Numbered from the stretch's first letter, positions 41,672 to 52,320 are shown. The stretch: DNA of 64,000 nucleotides from an uncultured Verrucomicrobiae bacterium (GCA_963707025.1 CAVPOM010000018.1:32001-96000); one strand, 5' to 3'. Notes: generated from the letters alone by a model not told the origin. Numbers and translations: made by a program.

Positions 41672-43090
41672 ATGAAGACCACGACCCCCAAGACCCGCAT
41701 CACCCGCCGGCGATTTCTGCGCGGCGCGGCGCTTTCCACGGCCGCCTTCACCTTTGTGCCCGGCGCTTTCCCCGGCCTGGGCGGGGCTGCGGCCCCTGGG
41801 GAGAAGCTCAACCTGGCCGGCATCGGCATCGGCGGCCAGGGGGCCGTGGATCTCGACCTGCTGAAGAGCGAGAACATCGTGGCGTTGTGCGATGTTGACC
41901 GGGACTACGCGGCCAAGACGTTCAAACAATACCCGGACGCGCGTCAATTCACCGACTATCGGCAAATGCTCGATCAAGTCAAAGAGATTGACGGGGTGGT
42001 CATCGCCACGCCCGACCATCACCACGCTTTCGCCGCGATGGAAGCCATCCGGCGCGGCAAGCATGTCTATTGTGAGAAGCCGCTGACCCACTCGGTGTTT
42101 GAAGCGCGCCATCTGGCCGAGGCGGCCCGGGCGGCCAAAGTAGCCACGCAGATGGGCAATGGCGGCCAGGCTTCCAAGGAGACGCGTCGTCTTTGCGAGT
42201 ACGTGTGGGCGAGCGCCATCGGCGACGTGCGGGAAGTTCACATCTGGACCGATCGCCCTTCCAATGGGCTGTTCGCCGAGTACCGGCCCCAAGGGGTGGC
42301 TCGCCCCCAGGACGCGCCGCCGGTGCCCGCCACGCTGGACTGGGATCTGTGGCTCGGGCCGGCGCTGGCGCGCCCCTTCCATCCAGCCTATCTGCCGTTC
42401 AAATGGCGCGGCTGGTGGGATTTTGGCACCGGGGCCTTGGGGGATATTGGCTGCCATACGATGGACTCGGTGTTCCGCGCGCTCAAACTCGGCGCGCCGC
42501 TCACCGTGCAAGCTTCCTCCACGCGCGTCAACGAAGAGACTTTCCCGCTCAGCTCGATTGTCACCTACCAATTCCCGGCCCGCTCCGCCGAGCCTCAAGC
42601 CATCAACTGCCACGTCGCCGGACTGAGCGGCGCGGCCGCCGGCGCGGTCGCCATGCCGGCCTGCAAGCTGGTTTGGTATGATGGCGGCCTGCGCCCGGCG
42701 CGGCCGGAGGGCCTGCCCGACGGCAAACAGATGGGCGCCAACGGACGCCTGCTCGTCGGCGACAAGGGGTTTATCTTGAACAACTCGGTTTATCCCGAGG
42801 CCTGCGCCAAGGCCGTCGCCAATTTGCCGGAGTCCATTCCCCCTTCGCCAGGGCACCATCGCGAATGGGTCGAGGCCTGCAAAGGCGGCAAACCGGCCGG
42901 CTCCAACTTCGATTGGGCGGGGCCGCTGGCCGAGTCTGTGCTGGCCGGCAACGTCGCCTTGCGCGTGCAACTTCGCGAAGAGCTGACCTTGCGCAGGTTG
43001 AATTGGGATTCCGCCGCGCTGCGCTTCACCAACCTCGATGACGCCAACAAGTTCGTCCGCCGGGAGTACCGCCCCGGCTGGACCTTGTAA
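41672..43090 (+). CDS. Tat-exported Gfo/Idh/MocA oxidoreductase
   Basis: TRRRFL, IGIGGQG, TPDHHH, CEKP, GDIGCHTMD. Confidence 0.92.
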   Translation: MKTTTPKTRITRRRFLRGAALSTAAFTFVPGAFPGLGGAAAPGEKLNLAGIGIGGQGAVDLDLLKSENIVALCDVDRDYAAKTFKQYPDARQFTDYRQMLDQVKEIDGVVIATPDHHHAFAAMEAIRRGKHVYCEKPLTHSVFEARHLAEAARAAKVATQMGNGGQASKETRRLCEYVWASAIGDVREVHIWTDRPSNGLFAEYRPQGVARPQDAPPVPATLDWDLWLGPALARPFHPAYLPFKWRGWWDFGTGALGDIGCHTMDSVFRALKLGAPLTVQASSTRVNEETFPLSSIVTYQFPARSAEPQAINCHVAGLSGAAAGAVAMPACKLVWYDGGLRPARPEGLPDGKQMGANGRLLVGDKGFILNNSVYPEACAKAVANLPESIPPSPGHHREWVEACKGGKPAGSNFDWAGPLAESVLAGNVALRVQLREELTLRRLNWDSAALRFTNLDDANKFVRREYRPGWTL

Positions 43091-43226
43091 AACGCCCGGT
43101 TGCTGGTCACCGGAGCAGACAGCAGGTTGATCGGTAACACAGCCGCTTTTGGAGAGCGGAGGCACCCTAAGTCTGACTTCCCATCTCACAGGCGGCTGGC
43201 TCTCCCCAGCCGCCTTTTTGTCCCAT

Positions 43227-44063
43227 TCAACGCGCACTGCTCATGGCACGGTTTTCGATTGTTCCCGCAACCGGCGAATTTTTACGCAGTCCCCGCCGGG
43301 CCAGCAAAACCATGGTCACAACCAAAACGACATTGACCCATCCCGTAAAGAACATCCATCTTCCCAAATCCAACATTGTAAAATATTGGTCTGCAAGGAA
43401 CGCCCCAAGAGCGGGTAGAATTGTTAGAATGAAGACCAACACGACCAAACTCAGTGTGGTGCGGATTGGCTTGGTGCGTACAAGGATCTCAAAGCCCGCA
43501 ACAACAAATGCAGCGAAACCGCGCCAACGACCCGTGGTCAAACGCCAAATTACGAGCAAAGCCAATACCATGACCAATAAAAACACCATCGCATAACCAC
43601 CCATCCAATCAAAAAGCGAATAGTGCAGTGGCAGCAATTGCGATGACAGCATGGGCCTTGGAGTGGATGGAACCGCATAACCACACAGGCAATCAAAAAG
43701 CGTATAGCGGCGCGGCGCGGACACTGGGAAAATCCACCCGAAAAAGTCAGCCCATGAACGGATTCCCCGCATGAGGAACAGGCCTGCGACGGCACAAAAT
43801 AAAAATCCCGGCAACGACAAATTCAGGGCCGGGTTCACCTTGGCAAATTCCTGTTCCAGCGCACGGCGCTCTCCAAGCCGCCGCGTGGCGATTTGAAACG
43901 CCGCCTCCTCCGAAAGCCCAGTGGCCTTCAGTCTCTGGACAGAGGCGCGCAAGTGCGAAGCCAGTTCCTCCAGATTATCTGCGCCAAAAGAGGGTGAGGC
44001 GCTGAACTTTTGCTGCCAGCGACGAATCGCTTCGTTTAAGTCAAACGGGGTTTGGTTTTCCAT
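43227..44063 (-). CDS. Membrane protein with N-terminal permease-prefix domain
   Basis: FDLNEAIRRW..ELASHLR..GLSEEAAFQIATRRLG..EFAK followed by TMs; overlaps the PadR gene end. Confidence 0.8.
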   Translation of the reverse strand: MENQTPFDLNEAIRRWQQKFSASPSFGADNLEELASHLRASVQRLKATGLSEEAAFQIATRRLGERRALEQEFAKVNPALNLSLPGFLFCAVAGLFLMRGIRSWADFFGWIFPVSAPRRYTLFDCLCGYAVPSTPRPMLSSQLLPLHYSLFDWMGGYAMVFLLVMVLALLVIWRLTTGRWRGFAAFVVAGFEILVRTKPIRTTLSLVVLVFILTILPALGAFLADQYFTMLDLGRWMFFTGWVNVVLVVTMVLLARRGLRKNSPVAGTIENRAMSSAR

Positions 44064-44374
44064 AATTTTGTGAGCAGATTGTGGACGGTCATCCATTGTT
44101 CTTTTTCCGTGTGCAGTGCCTTTTGGCCCTTCTGCCGCAGGCGGTAATACTTGCGCCGATGCCCGCTTTCCGCCTCGCGCCATTCCGATTCGATCAAATC
44201 CTCCTTCTCCATCCAATGCAACACCGGGTAAAGCATGCCCTCACTCCATTGCACCTCGCCCCCGGATAATTCGGTCACACGCTGGATGAGCGCGTAACCG
44301 TAATTCTCCCCCTCGCCCAAGATCGAAAGCACCAGGGTGGTGGTGGAGGCGGCGACCAGTTCTTTTGAAAGCAT
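44036..44374 (-). CDS. PadR family transcriptional regulator
   Basis: YGYALIQRV, EGMLYPVLH, RRKYYRL..G. Confidence 0.93.
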   Translation of the reverse strand: MLSKELVAASTTTLVLSILGEGENYGYALIQRVTELSGGEVQWSEGMLYPVLHWMEKEDLIESEWREAESGHRRKYYRLRQKGQKALHTEKEQWMTVHNLLTKLWKTKPRLT

Positions 44375-44380
44375 GATGGC

Positions 44381-44409
44381 AAGTTACATAACATTGTTAG
44401 GCATGTCAA
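44381..44409 (-). promoter_or_regulatory. padR promoter TTGACA-N17-TAACTT with a palindromic operator (TAAC-N3-GTTA) in the spacer; probably leaderless
   Basis: The -10 ends 6 nt before the ATG. Confidence 0.65.
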
Positions 44410-44960
44410 GGGTCAATCGTAAAAAATCGGTAGTCGCCAACCCGCTCCGTCCACACTCGTTATTTGTGAACAAAAAGGCCCGGTCCATGGTCAACCGCCT
44501 GATTTGCATTCCGTTCTCGCCGCCGCTCACAATTTGCAGCAACTTACCAACTCCCACCCCCTCCAGTTGCGAAAGTCCGGTGGGGTTGGCCAATCACAAC
44601 AGGATTGAATCTTGCAGGCCAGGGTTGCGAGGAAGGATCTGCACTGGGTCTGACCTCCACCACTCCATCACTCCACCCGTCCCCGCCTTCACTTTTCTTC
44701 CCAAACGGGGCTTGACAAAAATTAGAACCTATGGTTGAATTGCCAGCGTGAGACACGTAGGCACCAGTCCAAGGCCGCATCCGGCAGGATGTCCCCACCG
44801 CAGGCGCGGCGGGCGCGGAGATTTACCCGGCCGGTTAATCGTCCCCTTTTTTTTGCGCACCGCGCCAAAACGGAGGACGATTCCGCGGCATCCGGGAACT
44901 TATGCGGAAAAGCAATGGAAATGCCTTTCCCTGAATCACTTGCGCGCAAGAAGGAGCTTT

Positions 44961-45243
44961 TCCAGCCAAGGTCAGTCAAGGCCAATCAAGCCTAATCAAG
45001 GTGTTTTTGATGCTCTCCGCGCCAACTGCGCGCCAGGGCCATTTCTTCGATTTGCAGCAGTGCCGCAACGCCGGCAGACGCCAAAAAGCGAGGCGGCCAA
45101 TTTCAGTTATTTTCATTTAATTTCACTTCTTTTCACTTGTTTTCACTTCGCGGCCCCCCCCGGGAGGGCCGGAACTCTCCCTGTTCGTCCGCCCGGTCAA
45201 ACCCGGTCAAACCCAGTCAAACCACAAAAACCAGGTTTGACCA
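44961..45243. repeat. Three distinct 10-bp-period tandem arrays
   Basis: (..ARYCAAG)4 at 44961-45000, (TTTCANTTNN)5 at 45101-45150, (RCCCRGTCAA)3 at 45191-45223, plus an inverted copy at ~45234-45242. Confidence 0.85.
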
Positions 45244-45310
45244 CGTTTGCCCCTGACTCCGAAAGTGAGCCGGCTGGAAGAAGTCTGCTCCCGCAGAAAG
45301 GCCCGGCCCG

Positions 45311-46171
45311 GTGACCATCCTCGCCGTCATTCAGCGCAGCACGGATTTTCTGGCCAAAAAGGGGGTCTCCTCGCCGCGGCTGCAGGTGGAACATCTCCTG
45401 GCGCACGCGCTGCAAATGCCGCGCATGAAGCTTTACTTGAATTTTGAACGCGAACTGACGCCGGCACAATTGGAGGCCGTGCGCGCGCTGGTGCAGCGCC
45501 GCGGCCGGCGCGAACCGCTCCAGTATATAACCGGCTCGGCGGCGTTTTGCACTCTGGAGCTGGGCGTCAATCGCCATGTGCTGGCGCCTCGCCCGGAAAC
45601 GGAACTGCTGGCGGAACGGGCCTGGAAATTTCTCCAGGAATCCTCCGCCCGCCATGCCGCGCCGGCCGGGCTGGACCTGGGCACGGGCAGCGGTTGCCTG
45701 GCCATTGCCATCGCTGTCAATGTCCCGGCGGCGGCCATGCATGCCACCGATGCCTGCGCCCAAGCCCTGGCCGTGGCCCGCGAAAACGCCGCGCGGCATC
45801 AGGCCCGCATCCAGTTTCATCAAGGCGATCTTTTCGCCGCGCTCCCGCCCTCGTCCCGTTTCCTTCTGATCGTCTCCAATCCGCCCTACATCCCGACGGA
45901 GCGGCTGGCCACTCTGGAGCCGGAAGTGCGCGACCACGAGCCGCGCCAGGCGCTGGACGGGGGAGCGGACGGGTTGGATTTTTACCGGCGCATCGCGGCG
46001 CAAGCGGGCGCTTTCCTGGAGGCGGACGGACGCCTCATGCTGGAGTTGGACGAGGACGGCCCCGCGGCGGCGTCGGAAATTTTCCGGCAACAGAACTGGG
46101 TTGTCGAAGCCATTGAATCGGATTACAATCAGCGACCGAGAATTTTGATCGCGCGCCACCCAACTGTTTGA
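45311..46171 (+). CDS. prmC: Release factor glutamine methyltransferase
   Basis: EPLQYI, PRPETE, LDLGTGSG, SNPPY, ALDGGADGLDFY. Confidence 0.95.
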   Translation: MTILAVIQRSTDFLAKKGVSSPRLQVEHLLAHALQMPRMKLYLNFERELTPAQLEAVRALVQRRGRREPLQYITGSAAFCTLELGVNRHVLAPRPETELLAERAWKFLQESSARHAAPAGLDLGTGSGCLAIAIAVNVPAAAMHATDACAQALAVARENAARHQARIQFHQGDLFAALPPSSRFLLIVSNPPYIPTERLATLEPEVRDHEPRQALDGGADGLDFYRRIAAQAGAFLEADGRLMLELDEDGPAAASEIFRQQNWVVEAIESDYNQRPRILIARHPTV

Positions 46172-46201
46172 GGGCGCGCCCGGCCCAGGCCGGTTTTTAT
46201 T

Positions 46202-47464
46202 ATGGACAGCTTTGTCATCAAAGGCGGCCAGCCCTTGCGCGGTGAAGTCGCCATCAGCGGGGCGAAAAACGCGGTGCTGCCCATCATGGCGGCGACCTTG
46301 CTCACCGGCGAGCGGTGCGTCATCCGGCGCGTCCCGCAATTGAGCGACGTGGAGTTCATGGGGGAAATCCTCACCTCGCTGGGGGCGGAAGTGAAATGGC
46401 AAGGCAGCACCCTGAGCGTGCGGGCGGCCCGGGTCAAGGGCCTGGGCGATTATGATTTGATCCGCAAGATGCGCGGCTCGGTTTGCATCCTCGGTCCGCT
46501 GCTGGGGCGGCGCGGCCAGGCGGTCGTCTCCCTGCCGGGCGGATGCGTCATCGGAGCGCGCCCCATTGATCTGCATCTCAAGGGCCTGGAGGCGCTGGGG
46601 GCGAAAATCAGGATTGACGGCGGCTATATCCACGCCCGCGCCCAGCGCTTGAAGGGCGCCGATTTGTTCCTGGGCGGCCGCTGCGGCCCGACCGTCCTGG
46701 GCACGGCCAACGTCCTGATGGCGGCGGTCCTGGCCGACGGGGTGACCCTGATCGAAAGCGCCGCCTGCGAACCGGAGGTGGTGGACCTGGCCAATTTCCT
46801 CAACGCCATGGGCGCCAAAGTGGCGGGCGCGGGCAGCCCCACCCTCACCATCACCGGCGTGAAAAGTTTGCACGGCGCCGATCACGAAGTCATTCCCGAC
46901 CGCATCGAAGCGGCCACCTTTGCCGTGGCCGCCGCCGCCAGCCGCGGGGAAGTCACCCTCCAGGGCGCGCGCGCCGATCACATGCATGCCGTGCTGGACA
47001 AGTTGCGCCAGGCCGGCGTCAAGGTGGAGCGCAGCGGGCCGGCCTTGCGCATTTCGCGCCGGGGGCGGCTCAAGCCGGTGGACATCACGACCCTGCCCTA
47101 CGCCGGTTTCCCGACGGACGTGCAGGCGCAAATGATGGTGCTGATGACCTTGACTCCCGGCATCAGCATCATTACCGAGCGCATCTTTGAGTCCCGCTTC
47201 ATGCATGTCAGCGAACTGGCGCGCCTGGGGGCGGACATCGCCATCGAAGGCCCCAGCGCCATCGTCAAAGGGGGCAAGCCCCTGAGCGGGGCCCCGGTCA
47301 TGGCCAGCGATTTGCGCGCCTCGGCGGCCCTGATCATCGCGGGCCTGGCCGCGCGCGGCACGACCCAGGTCAACCGGGTCTATCATATTGACCGGGGTTA
47401 CGAAAAAATAGACGACAAACTGCGCCGGCTCGGAGCGCGCATTGAAAGATTGGAAGGAGCATGA
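46202..47464 (+). CDS. murA: UDP-N-acetylglucosamine 1-carboxyvinyltransferase
   Basis: GAKNA, LPGGCVIGARPIDLH, PDRIEA, GFPTDVQAQ, DLRA, HIDRGYE. Confidence 0.97.
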   Translation: MDSFVIKGGQPLRGEVAISGAKNAVLPIMAATLLTGERCVIRRVPQLSDVEFMGEILTSLGAEVKWQGSTLSVRAARVKGLGDYDLIRKMRGSVCILGPLLGRRGQAVVSLPGGCVIGARPIDLHLKGLEALGAKIRIDGGYIHARAQRLKGADLFLGGRCGPTVLGTANVLMAAVLADGVTLIESAACEPEVVDLANFLNAMGAKVAGAGSPTLTITGVKSLHGADHEVIPDRIEAATFAVAAAASRGEVTLQGARADHMHAVLDKLRQAGVKVERSGPALRISRRGRLKPVDITTLPYAGFPTDVQAQMMVLMTLTPGISIITERIFESRFMHVSELARLGADIAIEGPSAIVKGGKPLSGAPVMASDLRASAALIIAGLAARGTTQVNRVYHIDRGYEKIDDKLRRLGARIERLEGA

Positions 47465-47865
47465 AATTCCTCATCGGTTTAGTCATCGTGGTCGGCCTGA
47501 GTCTGGGCGCCTGGCAAATCCTCCAGTTCTGGAACAAAGCCCAGGAGCCGCCCCGGGCCGCCGTCGCGCCCGGCCCTGAGACGGTGTCCAACGGCGAGCA
47601 ATTGCCCGGCCTGCCGCCCAAGTTGCAGCCGGTCCTGGAAGCGGCCCAGCAGCGCGGCGCGGCGGGCTTGCGCGATTTCCTGGCGGGCCATGGCAAGAAC
47701 GTGGCCGACCCCCGCCTGGCTTGGATTGAGCTGGATTATGTGCTGGTGGTGGCGCAGAGCGACCCGGCCGAAGCGCGCAAAGTTTTCGCCCAAGTCAAAG
47801 CGCGCCTCCAGCCCGACTCCCCCGTCTATGGCCGGATGAAACAACTGGAAAAAACCTACGAATGA
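47461..47865 (+). CDS. Single-TM hypothetical protein coupled to murA
   Basis: ATGA overlap; N-terminal TM. Confidence 0.7.
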   Translation: MKFLIGLVIVVGLSLGAWQILQFWNKAQEPPRAAVAPGPETVSNGEQLPGLPPKLQPVLEAAQQRGAAGLRDFLAGHGKNVADPRLAWIELDYVLVVAQSDPAEARKVFAQVKARLQPDSPVYGRMKQLEKTYE

Positions 47866-47872
47866 CTTTCCC

Positions 47873-47926
47873 TGTAGCGGCGGTCTGTGACCGCCGGATA
47901 ATCAACTGCCTTTCGCGGGCTGTCAT
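47873..47926 (+). repeat. GTAG REP with a degenerate inverted partner, between convergent genes
   Basis: TGTAGCGGCGGTCTGTGACCGCCG ... CGGGCTGTCATGGACCGCCGC. Confidence 0.7.
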
Positions 47927-47960
47927 GGACCGCCGCGGCCAGGACCAGCCTCGCGCGATT

Positions 47961-49094
47961 TCAGTCCCCCAGGCTCGTGCCGACCAGCCGGGCGCTGGTA
48001 ATCCAAGGATGATCCAGCGGCACCGTTTTTCGTTTGCCGGCCACTTTTTCCAGCGGCACCGGCTCGGTTTTGTCGCCGCGCGCCGCCACCATCACTCCAT
48101 AGACTCCTTCGCTGATCAAGTCGGCGCAGGCGGTGCCCAGGCGGGTGGCGAGCAAACGATCCACCGCGGAAGGGGAGCCGCCGCGCTGGACGTAACCGAG
48201 GATGGTGACGCGCGATTCCAAGCCGGTCAATTCCTCCAGTTGTTTGGCCAGGCGCAAGGTGTTGCCGGCGTGGCGGGTCTGAAATTCCTGGAGGGTGCTT
48301 TTGGCTTTTCTCCGTTCCAGTTTGGTGCGGGCCTCCTGTTTGCTCTCGTCGGCCGCCCGGAAATGGGCGGCATCGCGCAGGGACATGGCCCCTTCGGCCA
48401 CCGCCACCACGCTGAAATGTTTGCCCGCCCGGCTGCGCTGGCGGATGGCTTCGGCCACTTTCTCCACGTCGTAAGGAATTTCCGGCAGCAAAATCACATC
48501 CGCCCCGCCCGCAATCCCCGCCCCCAGCGCCAGCCATCCGGCCCGGTGCCCCATGATCTCGACCACCACGATGCGGTAATGGCTGTGGGCGGTGCTGTGC
48601 AAACGGTCAATCGCCTCGGTGGCGATGCCCAGCGCGGTGTGATAGCCGAAACTGAAGTCCGTCATGGCCACGTCGTTGTCAATCGTTTTGGGCAGGGTGA
48701 TGACGTTGAGGCCCTTTTCCTTGAGATAAAGCGCGTTCTTTTGCGTGCCGCCGCCGCCGATGCAAACCAGGGCGTCCAGATGATGCTTCTGGTAGTTGGC
48801 GATGATGGATTCGGAGACGTTTATTTCCTTTCCCCCGACCAGCATGCGGCGCGGTTTGTCCCGGCTGGTGCCCAGAATGGTGCCGCCCACGGTGAGAATG
48901 CCGGAAAGATTTTCCAGGCCCAGCGGGGCGGTGCGGTTCTCCATCAGCCCGCGAAAGCCGTCGCGAAAGCCGATGACCTGCATGCCGAAAATACCCTGCG
49001 CCGCCTTGCCCACGCCACGGATGGCGGCGTTGAGCCCGGGGCAATCGCCCCCCGAGGTCAGGATGCCGATGTATTTGGTCGCGCCGCGGGTCAT
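47961..49094 (-). CDS. pfkA: PfkA-family 6-phosphofructokinase (group III-like)
   Basis: [39 protein letters not shown]. Confidence 0.92.
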   Translation of the reverse strand: MTRGATKYIGILTSGGDCPGLNAAIRGVGKAAQGIFGMQVIGFRDGFRGLMENRTAPLGLENLSGILTVGGTILGTSRDKPRRMLVGGKEINVSESIIANYQKHHLDALVCIGGGGTQKNALYLKEKGLNVITLPKTIDNDVAMTDFSFGYHTALGIATEAIDRLHSTAHSHYRIVVVEIMGHRAGWLALGAGIAGGADVILLPEIPYDVEKVAEAIRQRSRAGKHFSVVAVAEGAMSLRDAAHFRAADESKQEARTKLERRKAKSTLQEFQTRHAGNTLRLAKQLEELTGLESRVTILGYVQRGGSPSAVDRLLATRLGTACADLISEGVYGVMVAARGDKTEPVPLEKVAGKRKTVPLDHPWITSARLVGTSLGD

Positions 49095-49966
49095 TTGTTG
49101 GAGGGGCGGCGGCACAGCCAGCCTTCGAGACGGCGCGCGAAAGCCCCGGGTTTTTCGTCGAAGATTTTTTTCCCCAACCGGAAGGCGAATTTTTGCAGGC
49201 GGGCGCGTTTGGCTAAAATTCGACTTGACAGTCGGCGGTAATCCCGGGCCGGATGGGCGGTGTGCTCCTGGCGCAGGGCTTGCAGAACCAGGAACAAATC
49301 GTGGTCATCGCCCAGCGCCTGGCATAATTGCTCGGTGTGTTGGATCATGGCTCCGGCCTTCCTGGGGCTGAGGCGTTCAATCAAGGCGAAGCCGTGGCCC
49401 AGAGTCTTGGCTTGCTTGCGCCATTCGTGCAAGTGTTCCGGCGTCGGCTTTTGCCGGGCCGCCTTCTGCGCCGCGCGGCCCCGCTTGTAGATGCCCTTGA
49501 GCCCCGCGGCCAGGCGCGCCGGCGTGGCCTTGTCCATCGGCCAGGAAGCGATGGTCTGCCGCGAAGCCGACAGCATCTGGCGCACGGCGCGGCGCAAGGC
49601 CGGAATTTTCCGCATGTAATCGTCCTGCCGCCGCCGCAGGCTCTGCCGGGTTTTTTTGGCGATGGGACCGGTGGCGGCGCGCAGGCGGCGCAGGGTGTGC
49701 AACTGGACGTGGACATCGCGCAAGGGAGCGATCTTGCGGCCCGCCGCGGCCAGCCGCCGGTTTTCCTGGCGGAATAATCTCTTGGGCAGGGCGACGCGCA
49801 AGGAGCGGAGCAGGGAGCGCAGTCTTTTGAGGGATTTGCGCGTATTATGCATGGCCTGGGCGCGGTTGGGGCGGCGCAATTCCGCCAGGGCCAGCGCGAT
49901 TTCCTCCGCGGCAATTCGACCGAGGGCGTCGGAGAGCGCCTCGTTTTTCTCGATGCGGTAGCTCAT
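49091..49966 (-). CDS. CHAD domain protein
   Basis: [33 protein letters not shown]; very basic; ATGA overlap with pfkA. Confidence 0.88.
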   Translation of the reverse strand: MSYRIEKNEALSDALGRIAAEEIALALAELRRPNRAQAMHNTRKSLKRLRSLLRSLRVALPKRLFRQENRRLAAAGRKIAPLRDVHVQLHTLRRLRAATGPIAKKTRQSLRRRQDDYMRKIPALRRAVRQMLSASRQTIASWPMDKATPARLAAGLKGIYKRGRAAQKAARQKPTPEHLHEWRKQAKTLGHGFALIERLSPRKAGAMIQHTEQLCQALGDDHDLFLVLQALRQEHTAHPARDYRRLSSRILAKRARLQKFAFRLGKKIFDEKPGAFARRLEGWLCRRPSNK

Positions 49967-50059
49967 GGAAATGGGAGTCTCGAAAGCGGTATCATATCCC
50001 ATTGTTTAAACCAAGTCACGTTTGGGTTACGTTCGTGTGACAGCGCGGGCGGACTTTTT

Positions 50060-50088
50060 TGTCCGGTTCCGGCGCCGGGCGGCGTATA
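50060..50088 (+). promoter_or_regulatory. ECF-type promoter TGTCCGG-N16-CGTATA (probably autoregulatory)
   Basis: CGT-containing -10 directly upstream of the ECF gene. Confidence 0.5.
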
Positions 50089-50100
50089 ATGGATGAAAGC

Positions 50101-51526
50101 ATGACGGATGACCGGCAATTGCTCGCGCGCTATGTGGCGGAAGTTTCGGAGGAGGCCTTCGCGGAACTGACGCGTCGCTACATCGGGCTGGTTTATGCCG
50201 CGGCCTTGCGCCAGGTGCGCAATGAACATTTGGCGCAGGACGTGACGCAGGTGGTCTTTGCCAACCTGGCGCGCAAGGCCCGCTCCATCCCCGCAGGAAC
50301 GGTGCTGGCGGGATGGCTGCATCGGGACACCCGCTATACCGCGCTGGACTTCCTCCGCGCCGAGGCGCGGCGGCTCCGGCGCGAACAACAATCCCTTGAA
50401 ATGAACGCACCCAACCCCGATCCCCGGCCCGGCTGGGAGGAGATTCGCCCGCTGCTCGATGAAGCCCTGACCAAACTTGCCCCGGCGGACCGCGACGCGC
50501 TCTTGCTGCGCTATTTCGAGCAGCGGGATTTCGCCGCGGTCGGCGCGGCGCTGGGGGCGAGCGCGGAGGCGGCGCGCAAAAGAGTGGATCGCGCCCTGGC
50601 ACGCCTGCGCGAACAGCTTGTCAAGCGTGGCATCAGCACCACGGCGGCGGCCTTGGGCGGCGCGCTGACGGCCCATGCCGTCGAAACGGTGCCGGCGGGA
50701 TTGCTGGTTTCGCTGGCCGCAGGCTCGGCGGGGGTGGCGGCTTCCGGCGCAGGCAGTTGGATTTCCAACCTTCTGATTATGACCAAAACAAAAATCGCCA
50801 TTGGCGCGGCGCTGCTGGCCGGCATTCTGGCCGCGCCGCTTCTGATTCAACAACAAGCGCTGGCCACCGTCCGCGCGGAACAAACAGAGTTGCAGGCGCG
50901 GCTGCGTGATTTGCCTGCCCAAACCCTTCAGCCGACACGGCCCGTTCCTGGCTCGATTGACATCGCGGCGCGGGACCGCGCCGATCTGGAACGGCTGCGG
51001 CTGGAAGCGCCGGCGTTGCGGGCCAAAATTGCGGAGTTCTCCGCTCAGGCGCAGCAGTTGGCCGCCGCGAAGCCGTGGCATAAGCCAGGTGGCAAGGTGT
51101 TGGGAGGAGTCCTGCGTCCGAGTGACGCACGGGATGCCTGGCGAGGCCACACCTGAAGCGACAATGCAGACCTTCTTGTGGGCCCTCAGGAATAATGAGA
51201 CCAACCGATTCCTCCAGCTCATAGCCATTGGTTCCGGGGTGGATGCTCAGCATGACTCGGCGACATTGGAAAAGATTACGAAACTATTCACCGACGAGAA
51301 CAACAGGAGTGCCAAGCCGGCAGAAGGGGAAAACCAAATTGAGATCCACCTCCTGGAAGAGCAGCCGGGGCCAAACAATGACCAATGGGTTGTCGCGGAC
51401 ACCATGCAAACCAATGGCGTCGTCAACACCGACAGAATTCTCCTTCGCCTGACCGACACGGGCTGGAAATGTGTCTTCGACACCAACGCCGCGGCGGTGG
51501 AGGAACAAATCATGGACCAGCCTTGA
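50101..51526 (+). CDS. ECF sigma factor with TM and C-terminal extracytoplasmic extension; 1-nt frameshift near 51139
   Basis: DDRQLL..AFAEL, AQDVTQVVF, LAGWL, LLRYFE, AARKRVDRAL; hydrophobic segment, coiled coil, then ATPEATMQTFLWA in the next frame. Confidence 0.85.
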
Positions 51527-51542
51527 ACCTCGCGCCCTCCTT

Positions 51543-51878
51543 ATGAGCAAGAAGTCCGCCTATTTCGTTTTGACTGTGATCGTTGCGCTGGCGGCTTTGT
51601 TCGTGGCGCGCCAGCGGACGCTGAATACTTTGCGTGCGGACAACGATTCATTGCGAAAGCAGGTTGATTTGGAGAAGTCCGCGCGTCTGTCGGCCCTCCC
51701 CGAACCCCCGGCAAATTCCGCGCCGGGATTAAGCGGCGCAGACGAGAAGGAATTGCTGCAATTGCGCTCCAAGATTCTGCCGCTGCGGGAGCAACTGCGC
51801 GACGCCTCCAACCGGCTGGCCATTCTCCAGCGTCCGCGAACGGGCGCTGGTTCCTCCGGCTTGCCGGCTTCCCAGTAG
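51543..51878 (+). CDS. Small single-TM coiled-coil protein
   Basis: TM then LRADNDSLR..ELLQLRSKILPLREQL. Confidence 0.65.
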   Translation: MSKKSAYFVLTVIVALAALFVARQRTLNTLRADNDSLRKQVDLEKSARLSALPEPPANSAPGLSGADEKELLQLRSKILPLREQLRDASNRLAILQRPRTGAGSSGLPASQ

Positions 51879-52032
51879 GCTCGGCTGGTTCACGAGCAAC
51901 GCGTCAGTCATTGCTGGCAGGGCGAGACTGTGCCACACTTTCTAATAATCTCGAAATCAATCCGGCTCAACCCGGCCGCGCGCTCCAATTAGGCTCGCAC
52001 AAACTTATACCGTTTCTAGTTTGCTTTTGCAC

Positions 52033-52056
52033 TGTAGCGGCGGTCTGCGACCGCCG
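52033..52056 (+). repeat. GTAG REP copy
   Basis: TGTAGCGGCGGTCTGCGACCGCCG. Confidence 0.75.
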
Positions 52057-52157
52057 CCAATCGCCTTGGCAATAGTGCAGTTACGAACTGGAAACGGTAT
52101 TAGCCGGCGGCGCGGGTTGTTCAAGCGGAAGGGAGAACGGAAAAATTGAAATGGGGC

Positions 52158-52186
52158 TTGCGCAACCAGGGCGGAGGCGCTAAAGT
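52158..52186 (+). promoter_or_regulatory. Sigma70-like tRNA promoter TTGCGC-N17-TAAAGT
   Basis: Correct spacing, A-rich upstream element, 18 bp before the tRNA. Confidence 0.55.
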
Positions 52187-52204
52187 GGCACGGTCTTGCT
52201 GGAA

Positions 52205-52281
<77 letters not shown>

Positions 52282-52286
52282 ATTTC

Positions 52287-52320
52287 AGGGCCTGAAACAC
52301 CCGTTTCAGGCCCTATTTTG
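52287..52320 (+). terminator. Intrinsic terminator after the tRNA
   Basis: AGGGCCTGAAAC-accc-GTTTCAGGCCCT followed by ATTTTG. Confidence 0.8.

Noticed and set aside
44722..44740. LexA box near the TTGACA promoter (AGAACCTATGGTTG)
   Set aside because: Spacing and half-sites fit neither GAAC-N4-GTTC nor TGTTC-N4-GAACA.
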